Origin: a bacterium
Lineage (GTDB): Bacteria; SAR324; XYD2-FULL-50-16
NCBI GenBank assembly: GCA_032250835.1
Contig: JAVVEA010000025.1
Location: 1 to 40,414 of the forward strand
Direction: 5' to 3'
Length of the DNA: 40,414 nucleotides
This document shows positions 1-8,084 of the stretch, in pieces (position 1 is the first letter of the stretch; the number at the start of each line of letters is the position of its first letter). A program made the translations under genes and the position numbers. A model generated the notes under the pieces. That model was given only the letters and a program-made list of their open reading frames with translations, did not search any database and was not told the origin of the DNA.

Positions 1-1
1 T

Positions 2-802
2 TTTGTGCAAGGCCTTGATGACGAGTTTTTTGACGGAAACCAGCAGATCAGCGTGGTTTTCGGTCCGGCCTCCTCGGTGGCCGATCCCAATTACAACAAT
101 CTAGCGGTTCCAAGCCAGGGGGTGACCATCCTGGACGAGGGGTTGATCTTCGAAAACGCGGTGTCCTGCGACCAATATTGGTATCGTCACGTGATTCAGA
201 GAAGAGAGCTAACTCCTCCGGACGGGAATGTGTATACAAAATATGTCTCCCCTAATCGACTTGCCCACTATTGGGTTACCGCTGCAGGCGTCCGGCAGGA
301 AGCCTACTGTATGATGGTGGGCGATGGGGGCTGGACCCGAGTGTTGCACGCCCAGAGCGGGGACAACTTTACGAATCTTACAGGTTGGGTTTCGGGGGTA
401 AATGTCGACGCGGCCAATATGGTTGCAGGGAACGGATTGGCAAGCAAGTTCCCAGACGCGATGATCCGCGCCATCCAGGATGCCCCCAGTACTTACACAC
501 CGGATCCAGAAATCTTCATGGATTGCCAGGTCGGTCAGGTGCACATCAAGAAGCTTTGGTTTTCCACAAATGCCAACCATTCCACATGTTATGATCATAA
601 CGTGGGTTTGGGATGGACTACAGCCGCTTTGCATGGCACTTTGGCCTGCTCCCGAGGAGTTTGGCCCGGATTTGACAACTACAACTGGACGGTAGCGGGC
701 GTTCCCGTCAGTTCTAGGTTTCCCCACCTGTTTTATCAACTCACCCCGGACATTCATGTCGGCTCCTCGGCGGGGTTTAAGTGCAGCGTCTACGCAAGGT
801 AG
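2..802 (+). CDS. C-terminal part of a probable large surface/secreted protein (5' truncated by window edge) with a fibrinogen-like YCDxxxxGGGW-type domain
   Basis: Frame is open from the window edge to TAG at 800-802. The N-terminal DDEFFDGNQ...DPNYNNL...VTILDE stretch resembles acidic Calx-beta/Ig-like repeats. AYCMMVGDGGWTRV resembles the fibrinogen-like YCDM..GGWT motif. Confidence 0.55.
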   Translation, partial: FVQGLDDEFFDGNQQISVVFGPASSVADPNYNNLAVPSQGVTILDEGLIFENAVSCDQYWYRHVIQRRELTPPDGNVYTKYVSPNRLAHYWVTAAGVRQEAYCMMVGDGGWTRVLHAQSGDNFTNLTGWVSGVNVDAANMVAGNGLASKFPDAMIRAIQDAPSTYTPDPEIFMDCQVGQVHIKKLWFSTNANHSTCYDHNVGLGWTTAALHGTLACSRGVWPGFDNYNWTVAGVPVSSRFPHLFYQLTPDIHVGSSAGFKCSVYAR

Positions 803-1260
803 TTAATTACCCTAATAGGTAACAACCCGCTGCAAAACACCAAGACCCGCTTAATGCTGGGTCTGCAAGGGGAGGCCGGACCCTGGACCGGGTGCCGTCT
901 ACCCTCTGGTGAACGACGGGGCGGGCAGGTTGGTGTTACAGATAAAGTTCGCTACCCTTACAAAACGCGGCATCAACCAGACCTCTTAAGTTAAAGAACA
1001 GGTCACCAAAAAGGCTATCTTGGCCTGGTACTCCTGGCTAAATCTTTACCTCTTCAAGCCGCTCCATTTCCTGGTTCGACTCCAGTCAAACCAACTGTCC
1101 AGATTATCCCGCCCCAAGATCAAAGTCCGCACCCAAAAATCAGGTAGGCCTGAAAGGACCCCTGATCAAGAAAAGAGGGGCAATCCGGTGGATCAATATT
1201 GTAAGATACCCAATAATTTTGTTATCATGGAGGCGAGGAAAAGGTTTTTTAGGAGCCCTT

Positions 1261-3897
1261 ATGGACACTCAATATGTATACCGATTTTCCCCGGCCCAAA
1301 CCGATGGGAACAAAGACTTAAAGGCACTCTTGGGCGGCAAGGGGGCCAATCTAGCCGAGATGAGCCGCATTGGCCTGCCCGTGCCGCCTGGGTTTACCAT
1401 CAGCACCGAGGCTTGCGCGCGATACCAAAATTCGGGCACCGAAGGGATGGCGGCGATTGAGCCGCAAGTGCGCGAGGCGGTAGCCTTTGTGGAGCAACAG
1501 CGCAAGCAACGATTCGGCGACCCCCAAAACCCACTGCTCTTTTCGGTCCGCTCAGGTGCGGCGATTAGCATGCCGGGCATGATGGACACGGTGTTGAATC
1601 TGGGCCTCAATGAACCGACGGTGGCGGCGCTCCAAAGGAGCACGGGAAATCCCCGCTTTGTTTACGACCTTTACCGGCGTTTTATTGATATGTTTGGCGA
1701 TGTGGTGATGGGCGTCAAACACGAGCTCTTTGAGGCGGCGCTAGTCCAGCTTAAGCTGGAAGAAGGAGCCGCCCAAGATACGGACCTCAGCGCGGATGCA
1801 CTCCAACATCTTTCGACCCAATACCTAGAAATCTATCAAGCGCACACGGGCGAGCCCTTTCCCGCGGACCCCTGGGACCAGCTATTTAGGGCGATTGAAG
1901 CGGTGTTCCGCTCCTGGGGCAACGAGCGGGCGATTAAGTACCGCCGGATCAACCAGATCACCGGTCTTCTGGGAACTGCCGTGAACGTACAGTCCATGGT
2001 GTACGGCAACCGGGGGCCGAACAGCGCGACTGGCGTCTTGTTCACCCGCAACCCAGCCAACGGAGAAAACAAGCTCTTTGGTGAATACTTGGTCAACGCC
2101 CAGGGGGAAGACGTGGTCGCCGGTATCCGTACCCCTAGCCCCATTGAAGACCTACGACAGATCCAACCGGAATGTTATGGACAGATTGAGGCCCAGACGG
2201 ACCAGTTGGAACGCCATTTCAAGTGCATCCAAGACATTGAGTTCACCATCGAGGAAGGGGAACTGTTCATCTTGCAGACCCGCACCGGAAAACGTACCGG
2301 CCCCGCAGCGATGCGGATTGCCTGCGCGATGGTGGACGAAGGGCTGGTCTCGCCCAAGGAGGCCGTGGCCCATTTGGTCGAGCCGGAGCATTTAAACCAA
2401 ATGCTGCACCCCACCTTTGCCGACGAGGCCGCTTACCAGCCTCAGGTCTTGGCCTTGGGGCTGCCCGCGTCGCCCGGTGCGGCGGTAGGACGGATCGTCT
2501 TTGAAGCCGATGAAGCGGAACTCTGGGCCGAGCGGGGCGAAGCGGTAGTCTTGGTGCGCCAAGAAACCAGCCCTGACGATGTGGGCGGCATGCACGTTGC
2601 CCAAGGCATCGTCACCGCCCGAGGGGGGATGACCAGCCATGCAGCGGTGGTGGCGCGCGGTTGGGGTAAATGCTGCGTCGCCGGTTGCGGTGCCCTGAAA
2701 ATCCACGCGGACGCAAAGCGGGTGGAGGTTAAGGGCAGGACCTTTACCGAAGGCGACTGGATCAGCCTCAACGGAACCACCGGAGAAGTGATCGAAGGCC
2801 GCCACCCCTTAAAAATCCCCGAAATCAGCGGTGACTTTGCCCGGTTCATGGGTTGGGTGGACCAGTACCGGCGCTTGAAGGTACGCGCCAACGCCGAGAC
2901 GCCCACTGAGGCGCAGAAGGCGCTGGAGTTTGGCGCTCAGGGGATTGGCCTCTGCCGTACTGAGCATATGTTTTTTCAGGAAGAGCGCTTGCTTCCCTTC
3001 CGCGAGATGATTTTGGCGGAGTCCCTTGAAGACCGTAAAATGGCGCTTGAAAAAGTGCTGCCCTACCAACGCGAGGATTTTGAGGCGCTATTTCGGATCA
3101 TGACGGGCCAGCCGGTCACCATCCGCCTGCTGGACCCCCCGTTGCATGAATTTTTGCCCAAGGTCCTAGAGGACCAAGAACGGCTGGCTCAGGACCTGGG
3201 CATTCCGGTGGAACGCGTCCAAGCCGAGGTGGAGGCCCTTTCGGAAAACAACCCCATGTTGGGGTTCCGGGGCTGCCGCTTGGGCAACATCTATCCTGAA
3301 ATCACCCAGATGCAGGTTCGGGCCATCTTCGAAGCGGCTTTACAGGTCCAGTCCGAGGGCCTTAGGCCCGAACCGGAGGTGATGGTGCCCTTGGTGGGGG
3401 ACCGGTCTGAATTAGACGCCCAGCGCGGCGTGATCCAAGAGACCATTGAAGCGGTTTTCAAGGAACGGGGCCAGCGCATTGACTACCGCATCGGCAGCAT
3501 GATCGAAGTCCCCCGCGCTGCAATCCTGGCTGGCGAGATCGCCGAACAAGCCGACTTTTTTTCCTTCGGCACCAACGACCTCACCCAGATGACCTTCGGG
3601 TTCAGCCGCGACGATGCGGGCACCTTTTTACCCCAATATGTGGAGCGCAAGTTGTTGCTGAGCAGCCCCTTTGACGTACTTGACCAACGCGGTGTGGGGC
3701 AATTGATGCAGATGGCCATTGAGCGGGGGCGGGCAACCAAGCCGCAATTACAGATAGGCATCTGCGGAGAGCATGGCGGTGAACCCAATTCCGTGGCCTT
3801 CTGCCACCGGGTGGGTTTGGACTATGTTTCCTGTTCGCCCTACCGCGTGCCCATCGCTAAGTTGGCCGCCGCCCAGGCCGCCTTAAAGGAGCCCTGA
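1261..3897 (+). CDS. ppdK: Pyruvate, phosphate dikinase
   Basis: Motifs LLGGKGANLAEM, PLLFSVRSGA..SMPGMMDTVLNLG, RGGMTSHAAVVARG (catalytic His and regulatory Thr), GIGLCRTEHMF, FSFGTNDLTQ, GICGEHGG. AGGAG RBS at 1251-1255 favours ATG 1261 over the ORF-track start 1219. Confidence 0.97.
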   Translation: MDTQYVYRFSPAQTDGNKDLKALLGGKGANLAEMSRIGLPVPPGFTISTEACARYQNSGTEGMAAIEPQVREAVAFVEQQRKQRFGDPQNPLLFSVRSGAAISMPGMMDTVLNLGLNEPTVAALQRSTGNPRFVYDLYRRFIDMFGDVVMGVKHELFEAALVQLKLEEGAAQDTDLSADALQHLSTQYLEIYQAHTGEPFPADPWDQLFRAIEAVFRSWGNERAIKYRRINQITGLLGTAVNVQSMVYGNRGPNSATGVLFTRNPANGENKLFGEYLVNAQGEDVVAGIRTPSPIEDLRQIQPECYGQIEAQTDQLERHFKCIQDIEFTIEEGELFILQTRTGKRTGPAAMRIACAMVDEGLVSPKEAVAHLVEPEHLNQMLHPTFADEAAYQPQVLALGLPASPGAAVGRIVFEADEAELWAERGEAVVLVRQETSPDDVGGMHVAQGIVTARGGMTSHAAVVARGWGKCCVAGCGALKIHADAKRVEVKGRTFTEGDWISLNGTTGEVIEGRHPLKIPEISGDFARFMGWVDQYRRLKVRANAETPTEAQKALEFGAQGIGLCRTEHMFFQEERLLPFREMILAESLEDRKMALEKVLPYQREDFEALFRIMTGQPVTIRLLDPPLHEFLPKVLEDQERLAQDLGIPVERVQAEVEALSENNPMLGFRGCRLGNIYPEITQMQVRAIFEAALQVQSEGLRPEPEVMVPLVGDRSELDAQRGVIQETIEAVFKERGQRIDYRIGSMIEVPRAAILAGEIAEQADFFSFGTNDLTQMTFGFSRDDAGTFLPQYVERKLLLSSPFDVLDQRGVGQLMQMAIERGRATKPQLQIGICGEHGGEPNSVAFCHRVGLDYVSCSPYRVPIAKLAAAQAALKEP

Positions 3898-3899
3898 AC

Positions 3900-5300
3900 A
3901 TGAACGGTCACCTCCGCAACCTACCCTTTGAGGCACAGCAAGCCTTCACCCAGCTTGGCGAGGTGGTGGACCTGGATGCGGCGGACTTTGAGCTGGTCCA
4001 GGTGATCCCGGCCGACGTCACCGGGGGAGCCAGTGGAAATCCCCGAGTCCACAGCCTGTTGGTTTTCCGGCGGCAGGAACAACTCTATTTTGCCAAACCC
4101 GAGGTGGCGATGCGCAGCCTGCGCGACCCTGGAGCGCACGACTACCGTAGTTTTGCGAAGTTTGCGCTTTCCCTCTTTGATTGCGGCGACGGGGACACCA
4201 CCCCGATCTGGGAACACAATAGCCCCGAAGAGCCCGAGGCCCCGCCGCTGATCATCACCCAGGCCCAAGTCCTCAAGAACCAAGCCCTTCTTGAGGCGAT
4301 GGAATCGCCTAACGGAGCCGCCAGCGAGCCTTGGCTGAATGTCCTCTATAAATATTACCAAGCCAAAAAATCGGCTCTGATCAACTTAGGTGGTGAAACC
4401 TTCGAACCCTTCTTTAGCCATCAAGGACGTGATCTAGTCGGCGAGGTGTTGGTTTCGGCGGTGGGCCGAATTTTGGGCGTACCCGTTCCGCTGAACCATT
4501 TGGCGGTCCGGCGGGAGGAAGAACAATGGGGCCAAGGTCCAGGATGCTGGTGCCAGTGGCAGAGCCGCTACCTTTTGAGTGAAGCACTGGGGAATCGGCG
4601 AGATGTGCCCAACTTGGCGGACCTGTTGAAGGAGGCTTATTTGCAGCGGCTCCACCAATCGGAATATGTAGAAGACCTAAAGACGGCGTGGCACGAGGCC
4701 AATCCCTTAGGTCTGCCCTTTTTTTTAGGACAGTTCCACGAGATGGGACGCCAGAGGGCCGAGTTGTGTTTGGGCCTGCTGAAGCGCCCAGAAGACCTGA
4801 TCGCTTCAGACCTGCTAGACCGGATGCTGGGCGGCGTGGCGGATCGAAAGTTACAAGAATACCTGCTCCCGCAAGGGGCTGAAGGCCCGGTTTATACCTT
4901 AGATTTTGGCGAATCCTTCTTCGACGAATTGGCGCTGGAGCCCACCGACCCCCACTACATCAGAAGACGCAATCAGTGGTTTAAGCGGTTGGGCGGAGAT
5001 TTTGAGGCCTTAAGCCATTTAGACGGCGGGGGCCGGATCAAACAAGTCTGGTCCCAAATGTTAGCCAAACTGGTTAGCCTCCCCGGTGGGTATTTTGTAC
5101 GCTTGGTGCACCAAGTACCGCCGCTCTTTGCGCGGTCCGGCCGCTCCGATGGGGCCGATAGCTGCCACCTAGAAACCTTGGGCGATTATTTGGAGTCCCT
5201 ACGGAGTCTCTGCCGTCAGTATTTCCGGCTTACTGGACCGCTGGATCAAATCGGGGCCCAACGGAGGATGCTGGACTACTTCAGCCAAGGGGGGCTATGA
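3900..5300 (+). CDS. Uncharacterised protein with divergent HipA/PI3-4-kinase-like motifs
   Basis: 466 aa ORF starting 2 nt after the ppdK stop, with an ATGA overlap with the next gene. Motifs YFAKPE, GEVLVSAVGRILGVPVP, LDRMLGGVADRKLQEYLL and TLDFGESF occur in HipA-like kinase order. Confidence 0.6.
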   Translation: MNGHLRNLPFEAQQAFTQLGEVVDLDAADFELVQVIPADVTGGASGNPRVHSLLVFRRQEQLYFAKPEVAMRSLRDPGAHDYRSFAKFALSLFDCGDGDTTPIWEHNSPEEPEAPPLIITQAQVLKNQALLEAMESPNGAASEPWLNVLYKYYQAKKSALINLGGETFEPFFSHQGRDLVGEVLVSAVGRILGVPVPLNHLAVRREEEQWGQGPGCWCQWQSRYLLSEALGNRRDVPNLADLLKEAYLQRLHQSEYVEDLKTAWHEANPLGLPFFLGQFHEMGRQRAELCLGLLKRPEDLIASDLLDRMLGGVADRKLQEYLLPQGAEGPVYTLDFGESFFDELALEPTDPHYIRRRNQWFKRLGGDFEALSHLDGGGRIKQVWSQMLAKLVSLPGGYFVRLVHQVPPLFARSGRSDGADSCHLETLGDYLESLRSLCRQYFRLTGPLDQIGAQRRMLDYFSQGGL

Positions 5301-7237
5301 ACCCCTACCTCATCCCCACAAAGGCACGTCTAATCATTTTAGACGCCCATGACACCATCTTAAAACGAGACCTAAGCCGCAACACGGACCGGCCCTTTTT
5401 GGACCCCAAGGAAAAGGAAAAGCTCAGTTGGTTTCTGCGCGAAGGCTTCATCAACTTTCTAGATTATTTCAGCAGCGTCCAGGGTTTGATGGTGGTTATC
5501 AGCAGCGATGGCGGCAAACAATATCTGCTGGACACCTGCCGTCGCTTCGGCATTTTACACCAACTCCAGGCGGTTTACGGCTCCAACCACATGGACCCTT
5601 CGACAGGCCTCAAGCAGGTTGGACAAATCTTAGAAGACCTTGCAGTAGCTCCCGAAGAAGCGGTGTTCATTGGCGACAGTCGGATCGACCGCCTCAGCGC
5701 AGAAAAGGCGGGGGTTCCCTATGTGGAGGTGCCCGATACCTTGGATGACCGTAGTTTCACCTTCAATCGGTTCCTTCCGGTGCAATTCGGCAGCGGCAAC
5801 CTGGGGCTTGAGCTACAAAAGATCGAGAACCCTGGCCGCCTTTATCATAACCTTTCGACGCCTCATCTCGTCGAATTGGTCTTAGAGCGCGGCGAAGGCC
5901 AACTAGCCCACCTAGGACCTTTGGTGATCAACAATGGCGATGACGGGCCGACGGGAGCCCCCCAATACATTCTACGCGAGCCCTCTAGCGAGGAATTTGT
6001 GGATTGGGAGTCGGGGTTGTTCCATGAGTTTGAGATGGAGCGCTTTGAGATGTTGTACCTGCGCCTGCTGGCCTTTTTGCAGGACCGTCCCTTGTTCGTG
6101 CAAGACTGCTTTGCCGGGGCGGACCAACGGCGGCGGGTGCCCCTGCGCTTGATCACCCAAACGGCTTGGCACAACCTCTTTGCCCGGCACCTGTTTGTGC
6201 AGGCCAACGCGGAGGAAATGGCCGAATTTTTCCCCGAGTTTACCTTGATCCACGTACCTTATTTTAAGGCAATTCCGGCCATCGACGGGACCCAAGGACC
6301 GGCTTTTGTGTTGGTCAACCTGCTCAAGAAACTGGTGCTGATCGGTGGATGCCATGACCCAGGGCAAATCCAAAACGCGGTCTTCAGCCTGCTCTCCTTC
6401 TTGCTGGCGAAAGAGGACGTGGTGCCGATCCGGTGTTCGTCCTTTTTAAACCAATCCGAGCGCCCCACGCTGGTCTTCGGGCCCCCTTCGCTGGCTCGGA
6501 CCGCTTTCGCCGCCGCACCGGGCCACCGTTTTTTTGGCGATGACTGTCATGGCTGGGGGGCACAGGGGGTTTACAACATCGAGTGGGGGTGCCACTTGCC
6601 GCTGAACCATTTGACCCAACCCCGTTACCGACACCTCTTTGAGTCCACCCAAAAATTTGCGGTCCTGTTGCAGGGGGTGTCGGTGGACGAAAACCGGCGT
6701 CCCGATTACGCCCAAGCCCGCCCCAACGCCCGGGCTTCGCTCCCGATCACCCACCTGGGCACGGTAGAGCGCAGCGGTGTGGCCGAACGACCGGGGTTGA
6801 TTGTGGTCCTGGCCCCAGGGGGCGGGGCCCTCCCGGCGCTGATGGAACTCAGCCCCGAATTGGCCGTGTTGCTGCTCTTAGCGGGCTATCAGCAGGGCCC
6901 CTCGGGCCCAGATTACCGCCCTTTTTATGCCGGGCACCCCTTGTTATCCAATCCCTTGGATCATGCCTTGTTGCTTTGGGAAAAGATACGCAGCGCGCAG
7001 GCCCATTGCCTTTGGGTGGATTCCCCATCGGGGATTGAAGCGGGTCTTGCTTGGAATCAAGAGCCGGGCCTCAGCCAACTAGACCCTATTTGGGGCTGTC
7101 CCGCGCAAGGCCAATGTGAGGCGGCGCGGGCCAGGGACCTACAGGCACATTTGTTGGGGCTTTTAGGTGATCACCGCCTCAAGCTGGACCGTCAGTTTGT
7201 CGCAGAACTGCCCAGTTGGGCGCAGGTCTCTACTTAA
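5297..7237 (+). CDS. Fusion of an N-terminal HAD-like phosphatase and a degenerate ATP-dependent PEP carboxykinase-like domain
   Basis: HAD motifs IILDAHDT, VVISSD, FIGDSRID..AEKAGV. The PckA-like scaffold (YHNLS, LFVQDCFAGAD, AWHNLFARHLF, FFGDDCHGW, NIEWGC) lacks the P-loop and the metal/substrate ligands. Confidence 0.8.
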   Translation: MNPYLIPTKARLIILDAHDTILKRDLSRNTDRPFLDPKEKEKLSWFLREGFINFLDYFSSVQGLMVVISSDGGKQYLLDTCRRFGILHQLQAVYGSNHMDPSTGLKQVGQILEDLAVAPEEAVFIGDSRIDRLSAEKAGVPYVEVPDTLDDRSFTFNRFLPVQFGSGNLGLELQKIENPGRLYHNLSTPHLVELVLERGEGQLAHLGPLVINNGDDGPTGAPQYILREPSSEEFVDWESGLFHEFEMERFEMLYLRLLAFLQDRPLFVQDCFAGADQRRRVPLRLITQTAWHNLFARHLFVQANAEEMAEFFPEFTLIHVPYFKAIPAIDGTQGPAFVLVNLLKKLVLIGGCHDPGQIQNAVFSLLSFLLAKEDVVPIRCSSFLNQSERPTLVFGPPSLARTAFAAAPGHRFFGDDCHGWGAQGVYNIEWGCHLPLNHLTQPRYRHLFESTQKFAVLLQGVSVDENRRPDYAQARPNARASLPITHLGTVERSGVAERPGLIVVLAPGGGALPALMELSPELAVLLLLAGYQQGPSGPDYRPFYAGHPLLSNPLDHALLLWEKIRSAQAHCLWVDSPSGIEAGLAWNQEPGLSQLDPIWGCPAQGQCEAARARDLQAHLLGLLGDHRLKLDRQFVAELPSWAQVST

Positions 7238-7247
7238 CCGAGGCGGC

Positions 7248-8072
7248 ATGGAAACGACAAGCCTACCGTTGATCTGGGGATTGGGCTATCTGGCCGGTTT
7301 GGGTTTAACCTTGTCGTTGGTACTCGCGGCGGCGGGCCGCTGGCTGTTGGTTCCCGAAGACCCCCGCATCCACCAGCTGGAGGAACTCTTGCCGGGCACC
7401 AATTGCGGGGCCTGCGGACAGCCCAGTTGCCGCGCCTTCGCCCAAGGTTTGGGTTTGGGCCAGCTCCAGCCCGCCGATTGTAACGTCAGTACCGAGGCGG
7501 AACGGGAGGTTGTCGCTCAATTCTTGGGCGTCGAGGTGGGTCAAAGAGAACGGCTCGTCGCCCGCTTGGCTTGCAACGGGGGAACCGGCGTGGCCCAAAG
7601 GGCCTTCGATTATCAAGGCCCCGCCAGCTGCCGTGCCGCCGCCGAAGTCGCCGGGGGGCCGCTGGTCTGCGCTTGGGGGTGCATGGGCTATGGTGACTGC
7701 CAAGCGGCCTGCTCCTTCAAAGCCATCGAGATGACCGAGCGGGGCCTGCCGCAGGTGGACTTTAGCCGTTGCACTGCTTGCGGCGACTGCGTCCAGGTCT
7801 GCCCAAAGGACCTCTTCCGCTTGGTCCCGGTCCGGCAGGCCCTGTGGATTTATTGCCGCAACCACCAAGAGGGCGAGGCCGCCCTGGCGGGGTGCGATGT
7901 TGCCTGCACCGCCTGTGGGCTCTGCGTGCAGGACGCCCGGCCCGGTTTGCTTACCTTAATCGATCACCTCGTGGTGATGGAACCCGAAGCCTGGGACCAG
8001 GGGACTGCCAAAGCGGCGGGCCGTTGCCCCACCGGGGCCATCCGGTGGCGCCCCGACCCCCAAACATCTTAA
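7248..8072 (+). CDS. rnfB: Rnf electron transport complex subunit B
   Basis: N-terminal TM helix, LPGTNCGACGQPSC, CAWGCMGYGDCQAAC, CTACGDCVQVCP. GAGG upstream of ATG 7248 (the ORF track extends to 7167). Confidence 0.9.
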   Translation: METTSLPLIWGLGYLAGLGLTLSLVLAAAGRWLLVPEDPRIHQLEELLPGTNCGACGQPSCRAFAQGLGLGQLQPADCNVSTEAEREVVAQFLGVEVGQRERLVARLACNGGTGVAQRAFDYQGPASCRAAAEVAGGPLVCAWGCMGYGDCQAACSFKAIEMTERGLPQVDFSRCTACGDCVQVCPKDLFRLVPVRQALWIYCRNHQEGEAALAGCDVACTACGLCVQDARPGLLTLIDHLVVMEPEAWDQGTAKAAGRCPTGAIRWRPDPQTS

Positions 8073-8084
8073 CCGGAGAGGACC

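Noticed and set aside
1021-1095. tRNA-like T-arm CTGG-TTCGACT-CCAG at 1071-1085, with CTTCAA upstream
   Set aside because: The D and anticodon stems do not pair, the acceptor stem has mismatches and there is no terminal CCA. Not supportable as a tRNA; tRNAscan-SE or ARAGORN would settle it.
1020-1460. 146 aa ORF overlapping the ppdK start
   Set aside because: Out of frame with ppdK, with no motifs and no RBS.
5297-7237. Calling this gene pckA
   Set aside because: The P-loop and the key Arg/Tyr/Lys/His residues are absent.
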